In this document: positions 18,600 to 28,690 of the stretch, piece after piece | Layout of the letters: the number at the start of each line of letters is the position of its first letter | How positions within the stretch are numbered: position 1 is the stretch's first letter | Program-made: the position numbers and the translations under genes | The notes under the pieces: model-generated | The model's database searches: none | Told to the model about the DNA's origin: nothing | Seen by the model: the letters and a program-made list of their open reading frames with translations, nothing else | Source of the DNA: an uncultured Oscillospiraceae bacterium | Lineage (GTDB): Bacteria; Bacillota; Clostridia; Oscillospirales; Oscillospiraceae | Assembly: GCA_964553775.1 (NCBI GenBank) | Contig: CAZKLU010000003.1 | Span: forward strand, 171-64,170 | DNA length: 64,000 nucleotides | Direction of reading: 5' to 3'

Positions 18600-19327
18600 T
18601 GTACACGGCAACGGCGGGTTTGGTGCTGAGAGCTGTGGATTATAAGGAATCAAGCGTTATTTTGACTGTACTTACACCGCATGACGGCAAGCTCACGGTA
18701 ACGGTTAAGGGTGCGAAACGTAAAGGCTGCAAAAACGCGGCGGCATCACAGCTTCTGACGCTCTCGGAGATGACGCTTTTCAGTTCGCGTGACAGGTATA
18801 CTCTGACAGAATCGCGTGTAATCGAAGAGTTTCGTGGCATACGCGAAAGTGTTGAGAAGTTAGCGTTGGGTTCGTACTTTGCGGAACTTCTTGACGCGAT
18901 GTCAGATGAGGATTTGCACGACATAGAGGTAATGAGGTTGGGACTGAACGCTCTCTACGCACTCTCGCGTGGAAAGCAGAACGACAAGCTTATAAAAGCG
19001 GCGTTTGAGCTTCGTCTCATGTGTATAGGCGGCTTCACACCGAGAATTACCGCAGAGCGGGAGCGCGATGCGCCGATAGTGTTTGATTTTGTCGGAGGTA
19101 TGGTGCAAAGTAAAGAGACAGATGAATCTTTACGAACCGACTGTGCCGTAATCTCCAAGTCATGCTTTGACGCGATAAGCTATATTGTCACGTCACCGTC
19201 GAAACGTCTCTATTCGTTTTCAGTCGGTGCGGGAACACTCACGGAGCTTTCAAGAGTGTGTGAGCGTTTCCTTTTAGCGCAGACAGGCAGAAGATTCGGC
19301 ACATTGGATTTTTATCACTCGCTATAA
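18599..19327 (+). CDS. recO: DNA repair protein RecO
   Basis: N-terminal OB-fold pattern GLVLRAVDYKESSVILTVLT. The ATG overlaps the era stop (TAATG). Confidence 0.88.
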   Translation: MYTATAGLVLRAVDYKESSVILTVLTPHDGKLTVTVKGAKRKGCKNAAASQLLTLSEMTLFSSRDRYTLTESRVIEEFRGIRESVEKLALGSYFAELLDAMSDEDLHDIEVMRLGLNALYALSRGKQNDKLIKAAFELRLMCIGGFTPRITAERERDAPIVFDFVGGMVQSKETDESLRTDCAVISKSCFDAISYIVTSPSKRLYSFSVGAGTLTELSRVCERFLLAQTGRRFGTLDFYHSL

Positions 19328-19491
19328 GCAAAATCAGGGCTTGTCAGCTCAAAGATGCCCTGTGCCAAGTTGACTTCAACATTCAGGCTGACACACGCGG
19401 GATATAATATAGGTTACGTTAGATGTCCTGTAAAATCAGAACCGCGATAGTATAACATTGAAAAGTCATAGCATTTTCAGGGGGTTACGGA

Positions 19492-20235
19492 ATGCCGGAG
19501 AATAAACGCAAACGTATTGACAGCATAGACGCGATGAGAGGTCTCGCGGTGATACTTATGGTTATACACCACTTTTTCTATGACTTAGTGGAGCTTTGCG
19601 GCGCACCGGAGTGGCTTTTCTCGAACCCGATTTTTACACCGCTACACTACTTTTTCGCGGGACTGTTCATATTCCTGTCGGGCGTATCGTCAAACTTCTC
19701 TCGCAGCAACGTAAAGCGCGGCGTGAAATGTCTCGCGATTGCGCTGCTGATGACGTTTGTAACTTCGCTGCCAATAATAAACGCGCCCATACGCTTCGGT
19801 GTTCTGCACCTTTTAGGTGTATGTATGATTTTCTATGGCATGGTATCAGACAAACTTGATAAGCTGCCTCGCGTTTTACGGGCGGCAATATACCTCGTAC
19901 TGCTGTTTGCGGTGTCATACATACTGAGCGGCAACCACACCATCGGGGATGATACAATACTTGGCGGCGCGTCGCGGTATATGTATATATTCGGCTGGAT
20001 GTACCCAGGATTCTATAGCTCCGACTATTTTCCGGTGTTCCCGTGGATATTTGTGTTCCTGCTCGGAACCGTTGCGGGGGCGTATATTAAAGAAGGTCGG
20101 CTGCCGGAGAAGTTCTATACATTCACTTGTCCGGTACTTCCGCAGGTTGGAAGAAACGCGCTTTTGATATATGTGCTGCACCAGCCGATTCTTTACGCCG
20201 TGGTATATGCGTATCTGTTTATCAGTTCAAGGTAG
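19492..20235 (+). CDS. DUF1624 / heparan-alpha-glucosaminide N-acetyltransferase-like membrane protein
   Basis: N-terminal RIDSIDAMRGLAVILMVIHH followed by multiple TM helices. Confidence 0.7.
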   Translation: MPENKRKRIDSIDAMRGLAVILMVIHHFFYDLVELCGAPEWLFSNPIFTPLHYFFAGLFIFLSGVSSNFSRSNVKRGVKCLAIALLMTFVTSLPIINAPIRFGVLHLLGVCMIFYGMVSDKLDKLPRVLRAAIYLVLLFAVSYILSGNHTIGDDTILGGASRYMYIFGWMYPGFYSSDYFPVFPWIFVFLLGTVAGAYIKEGRLPEKFYTFTCPVLPQVGRNALLIYVLHQPILYAVVYAYLFISSR

Positions 20236-20438
20236 CGGCGCGGCTTCAATAGAGTTCCAAATCCGCAACGTAAGCGTGGTGAATAGTCACTAAGTGACTT
20301 CAGACTAAAAGCAAATTTACAGTCTTTGCTTGCTTTAACTTCGGCGGAGAAGAAACGCAAAAATCTCACCGACAGAACATATCAACACTTTCTTCCGGAA
20401 AGTTTAGCAGGGCAAGGCTGAATATACAGAGGTAATTT

Positions 20439-21422
20439 ATGGAGCTTTGGGACGCATATAACAGTAAATCAGAGAAAATTGAGAATCTGACCTTAATCCG
20501 TGGGGAAAACATTCCGAGCGGGGTATATCACCTTGTAAGTGATGTTATCGTTCGTCATAAGGACGGTGACTATCTTCTTATGCAACGTGACAGTAGAAAG
20601 CATTTTGGCGGTATGTGGGAAGCAACCGCCGGAGGCTCCGCTTTACGAGGCGAAGACGCTCTTGCCTGTGCAATAAGAGAATTACGGGAGGAGACAGGAA
20701 TTGAATCAGAAGAACTGACCGAGGTCGGACGTGATGTCGATAAGGACACAATATATGTTGAATTTCTTTGCGTTGCGGACTGTGAAAAGGACTGTATTTC
20801 CCTTCAAGAGGGCGAGACATCAGCATACAGATGGGTCAGCAGGGATGAACTTATTTCCATGAAAAAAGATAAACTGGTGACAGAACGGATGCAAGGGTTT
20901 ATTGACGAGTTAAAGCCGTCAGATGTAACCTATGTTCTCGGTAACGACAAATTTAACTATCGTGTGTGCGCAATCATAATCAACGAAAACAGCGTTTTAG
21001 CCATGCGCGATGAACGCTCCCCATATTATTATTTGCCCGGTGGCAGGGTTCATATAGGAGAGACTGCGGAACACGCTGTCACCAGAGAGGTTGAAGAGGA
21101 GTTGTATATAACACCAGGCATCATACGCCCGCTCTGGCTGAATCAGGGATTTTTCACTGAGGATATTGACCGTCTGAATTATCACGAGCTTTGTATCTAC
21201 TTCCTTATGGATGTGTCAGATACAGACCTGCTTCAAAAAGGTAAGAGGTTCACGCTTCGAGAAAGACAGCATACACATACTTTTGAGTGGCTCACGTTTG
21301 ACCGCCTTAAAGATGAATACTTTTATCCCCTTTTTCTAAAGAGTGAAATCTATAATCTGCCGGAAACATTTACGCTCAGAACAGAGAATGAACATACCCT
21401 TAAAAACACATACAAATCTTGA
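20439..21422 (+). CDS. Protein with two NUDIX hydrolase domains in tandem
   Basis: Two Nudix boxes: GGSALRGEDALACAIRELREETGI and GGRVHIGETAEHAVTREVEEELYI. Confidence 0.8.
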   Translation: MELWDAYNSKSEKIENLTLIRGENIPSGVYHLVSDVIVRHKDGDYLLMQRDSRKHFGGMWEATAGGSALRGEDALACAIRELREETGIESEELTEVGRDVDKDTIYVEFLCVADCEKDCISLQEGETSAYRWVSRDELISMKKDKLVTERMQGFIDELKPSDVTYVLGNDKFNYRVCAIIINENSVLAMRDERSPYYYLPGGRVHIGETAEHAVTREVEEELYITPGIIRPLWLNQGFFTEDIDRLNYHELCIYFLMDVSDTDLLQKGKRFTLRERQHTHTFEWLTFDRLKDEYFYPLFLKSEIYNLPETFTLRTENEHTLKNTYKS

Positions 21423-21513
21423 AGAAATCACGTTTCACGCTGAATTGAACTTTCCGATTCAAATGCAGACGGAAACGTTCCGCCGAACTTCTTGGCGGTA
21501 AAAGAGGTACACG

Positions 21514-22098
21514 ATGAATAATTTACTTTCTTCCTTTGACAGCATTACAAATTACTGCTTCGCGCTTTTCAAACTCAAAAACGATGATTACGGTCCCGCA
21601 TGGCTTATATATCGTGACAGTTCCCTCGTTGATGAAATATGGCGCAAGGCGAAACGAATACGCACCATAGAGGAACGCGGCGGCGTGACAGAAATTCCTG
21701 AAAACCGCGATTCTGAGTATATCGGCATAATCAATTACAGCATTATGTTTCTCATAAAAGATCGTGTTCCAAACTATGACAGCACCGCGTCCGATCTCGA
21801 CTTTGACGCGCTCAACGCTATAGAGCCGGAGACACTTTACGGACTGTACAAGTCGGAAATTGCCGCTTTGAGAGAACTTCTGATTAAAAAAAACACAGAT
21901 TACGGTGACGCATGGCGCGGTATGTCTCTATGCTCAATGACCGACCAGATTTTAATGCGCGTTCTGCGTATAAAACGAATACTCGACAAAAACGGCAAAC
22001 TGAATGTTTCCGAGGGAATACAAGCGCAGCTTGAAGACATTATAAATTATTGCGTCTTCGCGCTGATTAAACTGAACTTCAAAACTCCATCCTTATAA
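21514..22098 (+). CDS. Protein with two DUF1599 (nucleotide-modification-associated domain 1) repeats
   Basis: Two copies of the pattern DYG.AW......sl.D.I..K..RI......g, each ending in INYsimfLIK / INYCVFALIKL. Confidence 0.6.
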   Translation: MNNLLSSFDSITNYCFALFKLKNDDYGPAWLIYRDSSLVDEIWRKAKRIRTIEERGGVTEIPENRDSEYIGIINYSIMFLIKDRVPNYDSTASDLDFDALNAIEPETLYGLYKSEIAALRELLIKKNTDYGDAWRGMSLCSMTDQILMRVLRIKRILDKNGKLNVSEGIQAQLEDIINYCVFALIKLNFKTPSL

Positions 22099-22341
22099 TT
22101 TATAAAATCTTAAAACTGAAAAACTTCCGAAACAAATCACTCAAAAGTCAAAAATCTGCGCTTATGGTTCACTCATTCGGAAGTTAATTATTTCAGATTC
22201 CAATCAGCAAAAATCGCTGACAGCTTACACACTTATTTTTTCTTTTCGTAAAGGCTATGACTAAAACACCATAATTCGCGTGAACATATTTTACACTTTT
22301 AATTGTGGACGTGTAATATAATCAAGGCAAAACACAAATCC

Positions 22342-22381
22342 GGCAGGTTTCCACACCCTGCCAATAAAATAAAAAATGGAG
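22342..22381 (+). promoter_or_regulatory. preQ1-I riboswitch (translational, SD within the pseudoknot)
   Basis: GGCAGG-UUUCCACAC-CCUGCC-AAUAAAAUAAAAAAUGGAG, comparable to B. subtilis queC AGAGGUUCUAGCUACACCCUCUAUAAAAAACUAAGG. Loop UCCA can pair with UGGA in the SD. It lies directly upstream of queT. Confidence 0.72.
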
Positions 22382-22389
22382 AATGAAAA

Positions 22390-22935
22390 ATGAATAAAAC
22401 AAAACTTTCGCTACGCAGACTCGCAATAGCCGCCGTTGTTGCTGCTCTTTACACGGTACTCAGCTTTTTCTCGTCAATCTTTGGACTGACATACGGACCT
22501 ATACAGTGCCGATTCTCAGAAGCGTTGTGCCTCTTGCCATTCTTCCTGCCGGAAACGGCGTGGGGACTGTTCGTAGGCTGTATTTTGACGAATCTTCTCA
22601 GCTCTTACGGAGCTGTCGATGTAATTTTCGGTTCTCTCGCGACATTACTGGCGGGACTTGCGACGGCGAGAATCAAGAACAAATGGCTAATGCCGCTGCC
22701 GCCGGTAATTACAAACGGAGTTATAGTAAGTGCGGTAATTGCTTACGCTGAAGCCGGTTCAAAAAGCGCGTTTCTGAGTCTGTGGGCTATGAACGCTTTG
22801 TCAATCGCGGCAGGAGAAGCAATAGCCGTCTATATACTTGGCATACCGCTTATGTACGCACTCTCGCGAATAGGTTTTTTGCGTCCTGAAATACGTGAGG
22901 AACGAATAGCACAGTTTGTAAAACAGCGAAATTAA
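22390..22935 (+). CDS. queT: Queuosine precursor transporter QueT (ECF-type S component)
   Basis: AALYTVLS...GPIQCRFSEAL...DVIFGSLATLLAG resembles QueT/DUF988. It is preceded by the preQ1 riboswitch. Confidence 0.75.
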   Translation: MNKTKLSLRRLAIAAVVAALYTVLSFFSSIFGLTYGPIQCRFSEALCLLPFFLPETAWGLFVGCILTNLLSSYGAVDVIFGSLATLLAGLATARIKNKWLMPLPPVITNGVIVSAVIAYAEAGSKSAFLSLWAMNALSIAAGEAIAVYILGIPLMYALSRIGFLRPEIREERIAQFVKQRN

Positions 22936-23184
22936 CACGCTCCCGCAATTTTCAGCACACCTTTCATTTTAATTAACAATCAGCAGCTTTTTACTTGAAC
23001 GACAAAATTTCACATAACTTTGCATTCCAAAATAATTTGCGGTAAGCAATATTTATATTTATGAGCCTATAGCTTTTCCAATGTGTGTTTTTACGGCTCA
23101 CATAGCCTATATATTACTTATACCAATACATTTTTCAAACACTATTGTGAACAACACAAATCTATTGCAAAGGAGATAATAACC

Positions 23185-24057
23185 ATGCGAATACGTAAAG
23201 CCGTAATCCCTGCCGCCGGTCTCGGCACACGAATGTTGCCCGCCACCAAAACAGTACCGAAAGAGATGCTGCCGCTTGTTGACAAGCCTGTTATACAGTA
23301 TATAATTGAGGAAGCGGTGGAATCGGGAATTGAGGACATACTTATAGTTACGAACAGAGCAAAGTCGGCGATGGACGACTACTTTGACTATTACCCTGAG
23401 CTTGAGGACAGGCTTTCAAAAGCCGGAAAATTTCAGGAGCTTGAAGCCGTTCGCCGTACCGCAAATTTGGCGAATATTTTCTACGTCCGGCAGAGGGAGA
23501 CTCAAGGACTTGGACACGCTATTGCAAGAGCGCGGCATTTTATAAAGGATGAGCCATTCGCGGTGCTTCTCGGTGATGACGTTATGATGTACGACAAGCC
23601 TGTGCTTGCACAGCTTATTGAAGCGTCTGAGAAATACGAAGGAAGCTGTGTCGGTGTTCAGAAAGTCAGCGATGCCGCGATAAGCAGCTACTCCTCCGTG
23701 AAAATGACACCGCTTGCCGGTAGAGTGTACGAGGTGCAGGATTTGAACGAGAAGCCGACGGTTGAGGAGAAATTCTCCAACTTCGCTATACTCGGACGGT
23801 ACATTCTGACACCTGAAATATTCGATATACTTGACGCAACAAAGCCTGGACGCGGCGGCGAGATACAGCTTACAGACGGTCTTGCAAAACTCGCGCATGA
23901 AACGCATATGCTGGCTGTAGACTTTGAGGGTGTACGTTACGATACGGGAAATTATCTCGGATTTCTCTCCGCAACGATAGATTTCGCGCTCAAACGTGGA
24001 GGGAAACTTGGCAGTTGGCTGACAGATTATATCAAGGAAAAAGCAAAAACACTGTGA
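23185..24057 (+). CDS. galU: UTP--glucose-1-phosphate uridylyltransferase
   Basis: KAVIPAAGLGTRMLPATKTVPKEMLPLVDKPVIQY. Start is ATG 23185 behind AAAGGAG. Confidence 0.92.
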   Translation: MRIRKAVIPAAGLGTRMLPATKTVPKEMLPLVDKPVIQYIIEEAVESGIEDILIVTNRAKSAMDDYFDYYPELEDRLSKAGKFQELEAVRRTANLANIFYVRQRETQGLGHAIARARHFIKDEPFAVLLGDDVMMYDKPVLAQLIEASEKYEGSCVGVQKVSDAAISSYSSVKMTPLAGRVYEVQDLNEKPTVEEKFSNFAILGRYILTPEIFDILDATKPGRGGEIQLTDGLAKLAHETHMLAVDFEGVRYDTGNYLGFLSATIDFALKRGGKLGSWLTDYIKEKAKTL

Positions 24058-24462
24058 ACCGACAGAAATCAATTTTCATATTGACAAATATATTGAATTG
24101 TCAGGTTTCAAATTCACAGCATTTATAACTCATCTCATAATTTTAGTAAGCACTTCTTCTCCGTATAATTATCAAAAGAAATTGAAATTAGAAAACATTT
24201 TGGTTTTAAGAGCTTATACTGAAATTATCAAATGCGCCGATTGCGATGACAAATTATGCGCCGTACAATGGTGATTTGACAATGTTTCCCGTAGTATTGC
24301 GAGAAAAATTGACAAAGTACGGCACAAAACTTTCAATCATGATCTGTAACGTTAATTTTGGAATAGGCTCTAAATATAGCGCATGGGCTTAACTCTCCCG
24401 TGCGCTTTTTCACTCTGAATCTCACGGTATGCGCAGGATGACTTCGATTGATTTTATGTTAA

Positions 24463-24687
24463 TTGCTTTATTTATGTGTCACAAACTATAAGAAGGGTTT
24501 TTATATAGTGAAAGTGGAATCGGCAGAGGAATTTAATACAAGCAGAGAAAAAGTTTTTGTTTTTGAAACAGAAGAACCTGTAGAAATAGACGATGAAATT
24601 GAAGTAAACGGTACAGTCTATAAAATCTGGGAAATTGTGTTGCCAACTAAACCGATTGATAAAAATCCGGTTTCTCTGATTGTGTAA
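24463..24687 (+). CDS. Small acidic hypothetical protein. The start is uncertain; an internal GTG at about 24508 is possible.
   Basis: It is the only clean ORF in an AT-rich gap. I recognise no homology. Confidence 0.25.
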   Translation: MLYLCVTNYKKGFYIVKVESAEEFNTSREKVFVFETEEPVEIDDEIEVNGTVYKIWEIVLPTKPIDKNPVSLIV

Positions 24688-24950
24688 ACAAAGCTCCAAA
24701 TACTATTTCTCGCTATTATACAACACACGATATGTTCCCGCAAACTTTGATATAAACCCGAAGAATAATATAAAAGTACGCCTTTGCGGTGTAATTGTTC
24801 CGCCTTGCTGTGTAAATACAAGATAAATCCGGATTTGCGGAGGGAATTATGTTTTTAATAGAAGACTATCTTATTGGATTAACTCAATATACCCATAATG
24901 ACGATAGCGATGTTGTTGAGACTGACTGCTTTACGGGACAGGATAAGACT

Positions 24951-25205
24951 ATGCAAGAATTTAGAATAACAAAAGACATAATGGAGAGCTTTGAGTGGGA
25001 ATTTTAGGATAAATGTTTTTGTGAAGCTTCTCTTCATGCCATCGCTATGAACGCGGAAACCGATACATCTTTCATTTATGTGCGTTTTGCAAACAAGGAA
25101 GGGCTATTTACCGCTGTAATCCAGTCTGCCATGGGTAGGCTGATAGCAATTTATACAAAACATATCGCGAGACAATTATCCGTCAATTCTTTTCAAGGAC
25201 TTTGA
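24951..25205 (+). pseudogene. Truncated TetR-family regulator with an in-frame TAG at 25005-25007
   Basis: MQEFRITKDIMESFEWEF*DKCFCEASLHAIAMNAETDTSFIYVRFANKEGLFTAVIQ matches the TetR N-terminal HTH pattern (..IA..ag...s.iY..F.nKE.LF.avi). It stops after about 84 codons, so the ligand-binding domain is absent. Confidence 0.6.
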
Positions 25206-25679
25206 GTAATTCCCAAAGAATGTGTGAATGCTATATAGTTTTGGTATAGTAAAAGAGCCAATGAAACACGGTTTCCTCACATTTTCATTGGCTCTACGAT
25301 TTGATTGCGGATGATATTTTACTTTGTTCATTAACGGACAGTCACGAAAATCAGTTTTCAATTCACTTTTGAAAACAACACAGATTGTCAGGGTATAAAA
25401 TTTCAAAAATTGTAAATCGTGAATAATTGATTTCTTAAACTAACAGGACAAAAGTTTGAGACTTTCATAGATTCGTCTCGCAGCTTTTCAGTTCTTTTTT
25501 CCGCGACTAAAAAATCTCATATAATAAGCCTTTATAAAACATGAAATACTATAGACTTTTGAGCGTTTTAGTTTCTGGTTATTTGAAATTTCAAAGATAC
25601 CTGAAAGGCTCGGCAATCGCGGTTGACATGTCTTACTATATCCTTGAACTTCCCGTTTTCAATGTTGCGGCATGAAAAA

Positions 25680-28568
25680 TCACAGCGTCTCGATAGAATC
25701 GAACTTCCCGCATTTATCGAGCTGCTCTTTGGAACCGAACACGCAGACGCCGCCGTCCACTATTGCTTTTTCCAACGGATCTATGACTTCCTGTAGAGAT
25801 TCAGGGGTTGATGACAAAAGCTCATGGCGTGTTTTCCGCCTGTCCTCATAGGTAAGACCTATCCAGTAGTATTCATCACCCTTCGCGCCTTTGAGACGCG
25901 GCGTGAGCAAAGGCTCTGTTGCGGCAAGTGTGCCAATTATAAAACCGTCAAGCTCCATGCCGCTTTCGCAGAATCCGCGCAGGAACTCTCCGACTCCCTT
26001 GTATACATCAAGCGACCTCGCCGCATTGGGGTCACGGTATGAGGTGCAAACAGCGTTTCCGGTAAGTCCGATCCGCAGTCCGGTGCCGTATGCTCCGCCT
26101 TGAACACGCACACTGTTCCAAAGGTATGTCAGTGTAGCGATGTGTGAGGCAAGAAGCAGCTTTCCGGAATATTTTCCGCCGTACTGGCGCATATCTCCGC
26201 CGGAAACCGCGAACGCCATATCAGATGGTATCACAATACCCTCACGGCAAACCTTCCGTGGGGTCAATTCCGCATTCTGTCTCCGCTCCCCTTCCGGCAA
26301 AAGCTGAGCAATTCGTGAAGCGATTGCGCTTGAAAGAACATCGTCCGCACCCGTTATACTTACGGCGAAATTATGCTTATTGACAGCGCATTTGGATAGA
26401 TCCATTAACTCGTTTCTCGTCTTGTCCCAGTTCCAGTCGCTCTCTGTACGGGAAAGCCATCTGTAGTAGGTTAGCCCGCTTGTACACTCAATCACGACAC
26501 CAGCTGGAGAAGCCTCCGCCAATACACGCGCCATTCCGATTGACTGACCTTCCATCACTATACCGTCAAACATTTCAAGCTTTTCCTGACGCAACAGCTC
26601 GCGAACGCTCTTTTCCTCGTCAAACTCCGTTTCTGTCAGAATTTCAATTATGAGAGCAAGTGCTTCGGAGAGGTTTTTCTCAAGGCTGCTCATGACTACG
26701 CGCAGCTTAACATCGTACCCGCCGCCTGTAACGCGACCGTATGACTGTACACTGAAAGAGAGCGTACCGAAGAGAAGCCGTATTTTTGACGCAAGTTCTT
26801 TCGCCGAATGTTTCTTTGTACGCAGCTTGCCGAGTATTCCCGTCAGGAACGACAGTGCCGGAAGCTCCTGCTCCGTGAACTGCATAGCGTCAAAGTAGAA
26901 TGTGCAGTAGACTATTCCGGATGTCGGTATATCGTGGCGGAGTACCGTCACACCATCTGTCTTTATAATTTCTGTCGGGAACTGTTCAGGCTCCGGTGAC
27001 ACATCGGCGAGAGTAAGTTTCGGCAGCGTTGCGAGTACCTCCGGCGTGTCCTCACGAGATTGCATCTCAACAAGACGCTTCTCACGGTTTATTAACATCT
27101 CGCGCTCTTCCTGTGACCATGCCGCGCTCTCTTTTTCAAGGCGTTTGCGTTCAGTATCACGGCGCACATTTCCCGCATCAGGCGAGGGCTTCAAAATAAT
27201 CTCACACTTGTGGTTATTTTCAAGTACAGTCTTTGAAAGCAGATTCTCAAACCAGCCGCTTTCGAGCTTCTCTCGAAGCTTCACAAATAAGTCTCCGACT
27301 TCCAGCTCTTCTGACGGGTCGCCGCCATACAGCCAGTGTGACAGTGCCTGTATACCGAGAACAAGTCCTTGGGGCATTTTGCCGTAATCGCGCTCACGCA
27401 TACGGAATTCAAAGAGTGCCATTGTAGCTGTGATGTCCTCATGCGAAAGTCCCTCTTTGACAAGTCTCTCAATCTCACCAAATATAACGCTTTTCAGTTC
27501 AGGAATATCCTCATACGCGAGATTTTTCGCTGAAATCCTCAGATAATTTTGGAGCATGCCGTCCGCCACGTTCATTGACACGCTCTCGGCAAGTCCTTTT
27601 TCGAGAACCTTGCGACAAAGAGGAGCATGGTTATTGCCGCACAGCACATCACAGAGAACATGAAGCGCAACCGTTTTTTCAATATCCTCATGTGTTCCGG
27701 TGACAAAACCCCAAACCGCACGGGATTTTTTTGCGGTGTCTTCTTCCGCGCTGACCTCATACTCAAGCTCAGTTGTCCCACCGTCCACGGGCTTTTGGAT
27801 TTCCGGCGGCGCAATACGTTCACCAGTCTGCAAGCCATCAAGGTACTCTTCGAGTGTCGCAAGCATCTCATCTATATCAAGGGCACCGTCAAGGAACACA
27901 TAAGCGTTTGAGGGAGAATAGAAACGCCTGTGGTTGTTCAGAAATTCCTCATACGACAGATCGGGTATTTTCGCGGGGTCGCCTCCGCAGTTCCAGCGGT
28001 ATGGAGAATCTGGGAAAAGCGCGGCAAGCAGAGCGGATTCGGAAAGCTCATCAGGGTCGGCAAGCGCACCCTTCATTTCGCTGTCCACAACTCCATTGTA
28101 GCTGACGTTGCCATCTTTGTCAAACGCATAGTGCCAGCCCTCCTGATAGAATATTTCCGGTTTACTATAAATGAGCGGGTGGAACACAGCGTCAAGGTAC
28201 ACTCGTGTGAGGTTCATGAAGTCCTTTCTGTTGCGGCTTGAGACTGGGTAGCAGGTTTTGTCAGGAAAAGTAATCGCATTGAGAAACGTGTTCATTGAGG
28301 TTTTCATAAGCTCAACAAACGGCTCCTTCATTGGGTACTTATCGGAGCCGCAGAGGACGGAATGCTCCAGAATATGGAATACTCCTGTATCATTCTCAGG
28401 GTAGGTAGCAAAAGCGATAGCGAACGTCATGTTCTCCTCACTGCGGTCTATCCAGACAAGCTCTAAACCTGTACGGTCGTGCTTCATCTCAACGAGAGTA
28501 CCCTCAAGCTCAGGCAGATGTTTGGTTCGAGTAACTGTAAAACCGTGGGATTTTTCGTTTAATTGCAT
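25680..28568 (-). CDS. M16C family zinc metallopeptidase (PreP/insulinase-like)
   Basis: Inverted zinc motif HILEH in FHILEHSVLCGSDKYP; about 960 aa with four M16 lobes. The start is probably ATG 28568 (MQLNEK); the ATG at 28580 directly abuts the SD. Confidence 0.9.
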   Translation of the reverse strand: MQLNEKSHGFTVTRTKHLPELEGTLVEMKHDRTGLELVWIDRSEENMTFAIAFATYPENDTGVFHILEHSVLCGSDKYPMKEPFVELMKTSMNTFLNAITFPDKTCYPVSSRNRKDFMNLTRVYLDAVFHPLIYSKPEIFYQEGWHYAFDKDGNVSYNGVVDSEMKGALADPDELSESALLAALFPDSPYRWNCGGDPAKIPDLSYEEFLNNHRRFYSPSNAYVFLDGALDIDEMLATLEEYLDGLQTGERIAPPEIQKPVDGGTTELEYEVSAEEDTAKKSRAVWGFVTGTHEDIEKTVALHVLCDVLCGNNHAPLCRKVLEKGLAESVSMNVADGMLQNYLRISAKNLAYEDIPELKSVIFGEIERLVKEGLSHEDITATMALFEFRMRERDYGKMPQGLVLGIQALSHWLYGGDPSEELEVGDLFVKLREKLESGWFENLLSKTVLENNHKCEIILKPSPDAGNVRRDTERKRLEKESAAWSQEEREMLINREKRLVEMQSREDTPEVLATLPKLTLADVSPEPEQFPTEIIKTDGVTVLRHDIPTSGIVYCTFYFDAMQFTEQELPALSFLTGILGKLRTKKHSAKELASKIRLLFGTLSFSVQSYGRVTGGGYDVKLRVVMSSLEKNLSEALALIIEILTETEFDEEKSVRELLRQEKLEMFDGIVMEGQSIGMARVLAEASPAGVVIECTSGLTYYRWLSRTESDWNWDKTRNELMDLSKCAVNKHNFAVSITGADDVLSSAIASRIAQLLPEGERRQNAELTPRKVCREGIVIPSDMAFAVSGGDMRQYGGKYSGKLLLASHIATLTYLWNSVRVQGGAYGTGLRIGLTGNAVCTSYRDPNAARSLDVYKGVGEFLRGFCESGMELDGFIIGTLAATEPLLTPRLKGAKGDEYYWIGLTYEDRRKTRHELLSSTPESLQEVIDPLEKAIVDGGVCVFGSKEQLDKCGKFDSIETL

Positions 28569-28580
28569 AACAGGTACCAT

Positions 28581-28626
28581 TCTCCTTTGTATTAAATTTC
28601 ATGATTAAATTTTACCACAAAGGAGA
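28581..28626 (-). promoter_or_regulatory. Anti-SD hairpin sequestering the ribosome-binding site of the M16C peptidase gene
   Basis: Minus strand: UCUCCUUUGU-26 nt-ACAAAGGAGA, a perfect 10-bp stem. The 3' arm is the SD. Confidence 0.45.
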
Positions 28627-28690
28627 GATTATTTGCAACAATAAATTGTTAAACTTTATGGTTTTAAGGAATAATCGATCAGCTATTCAC

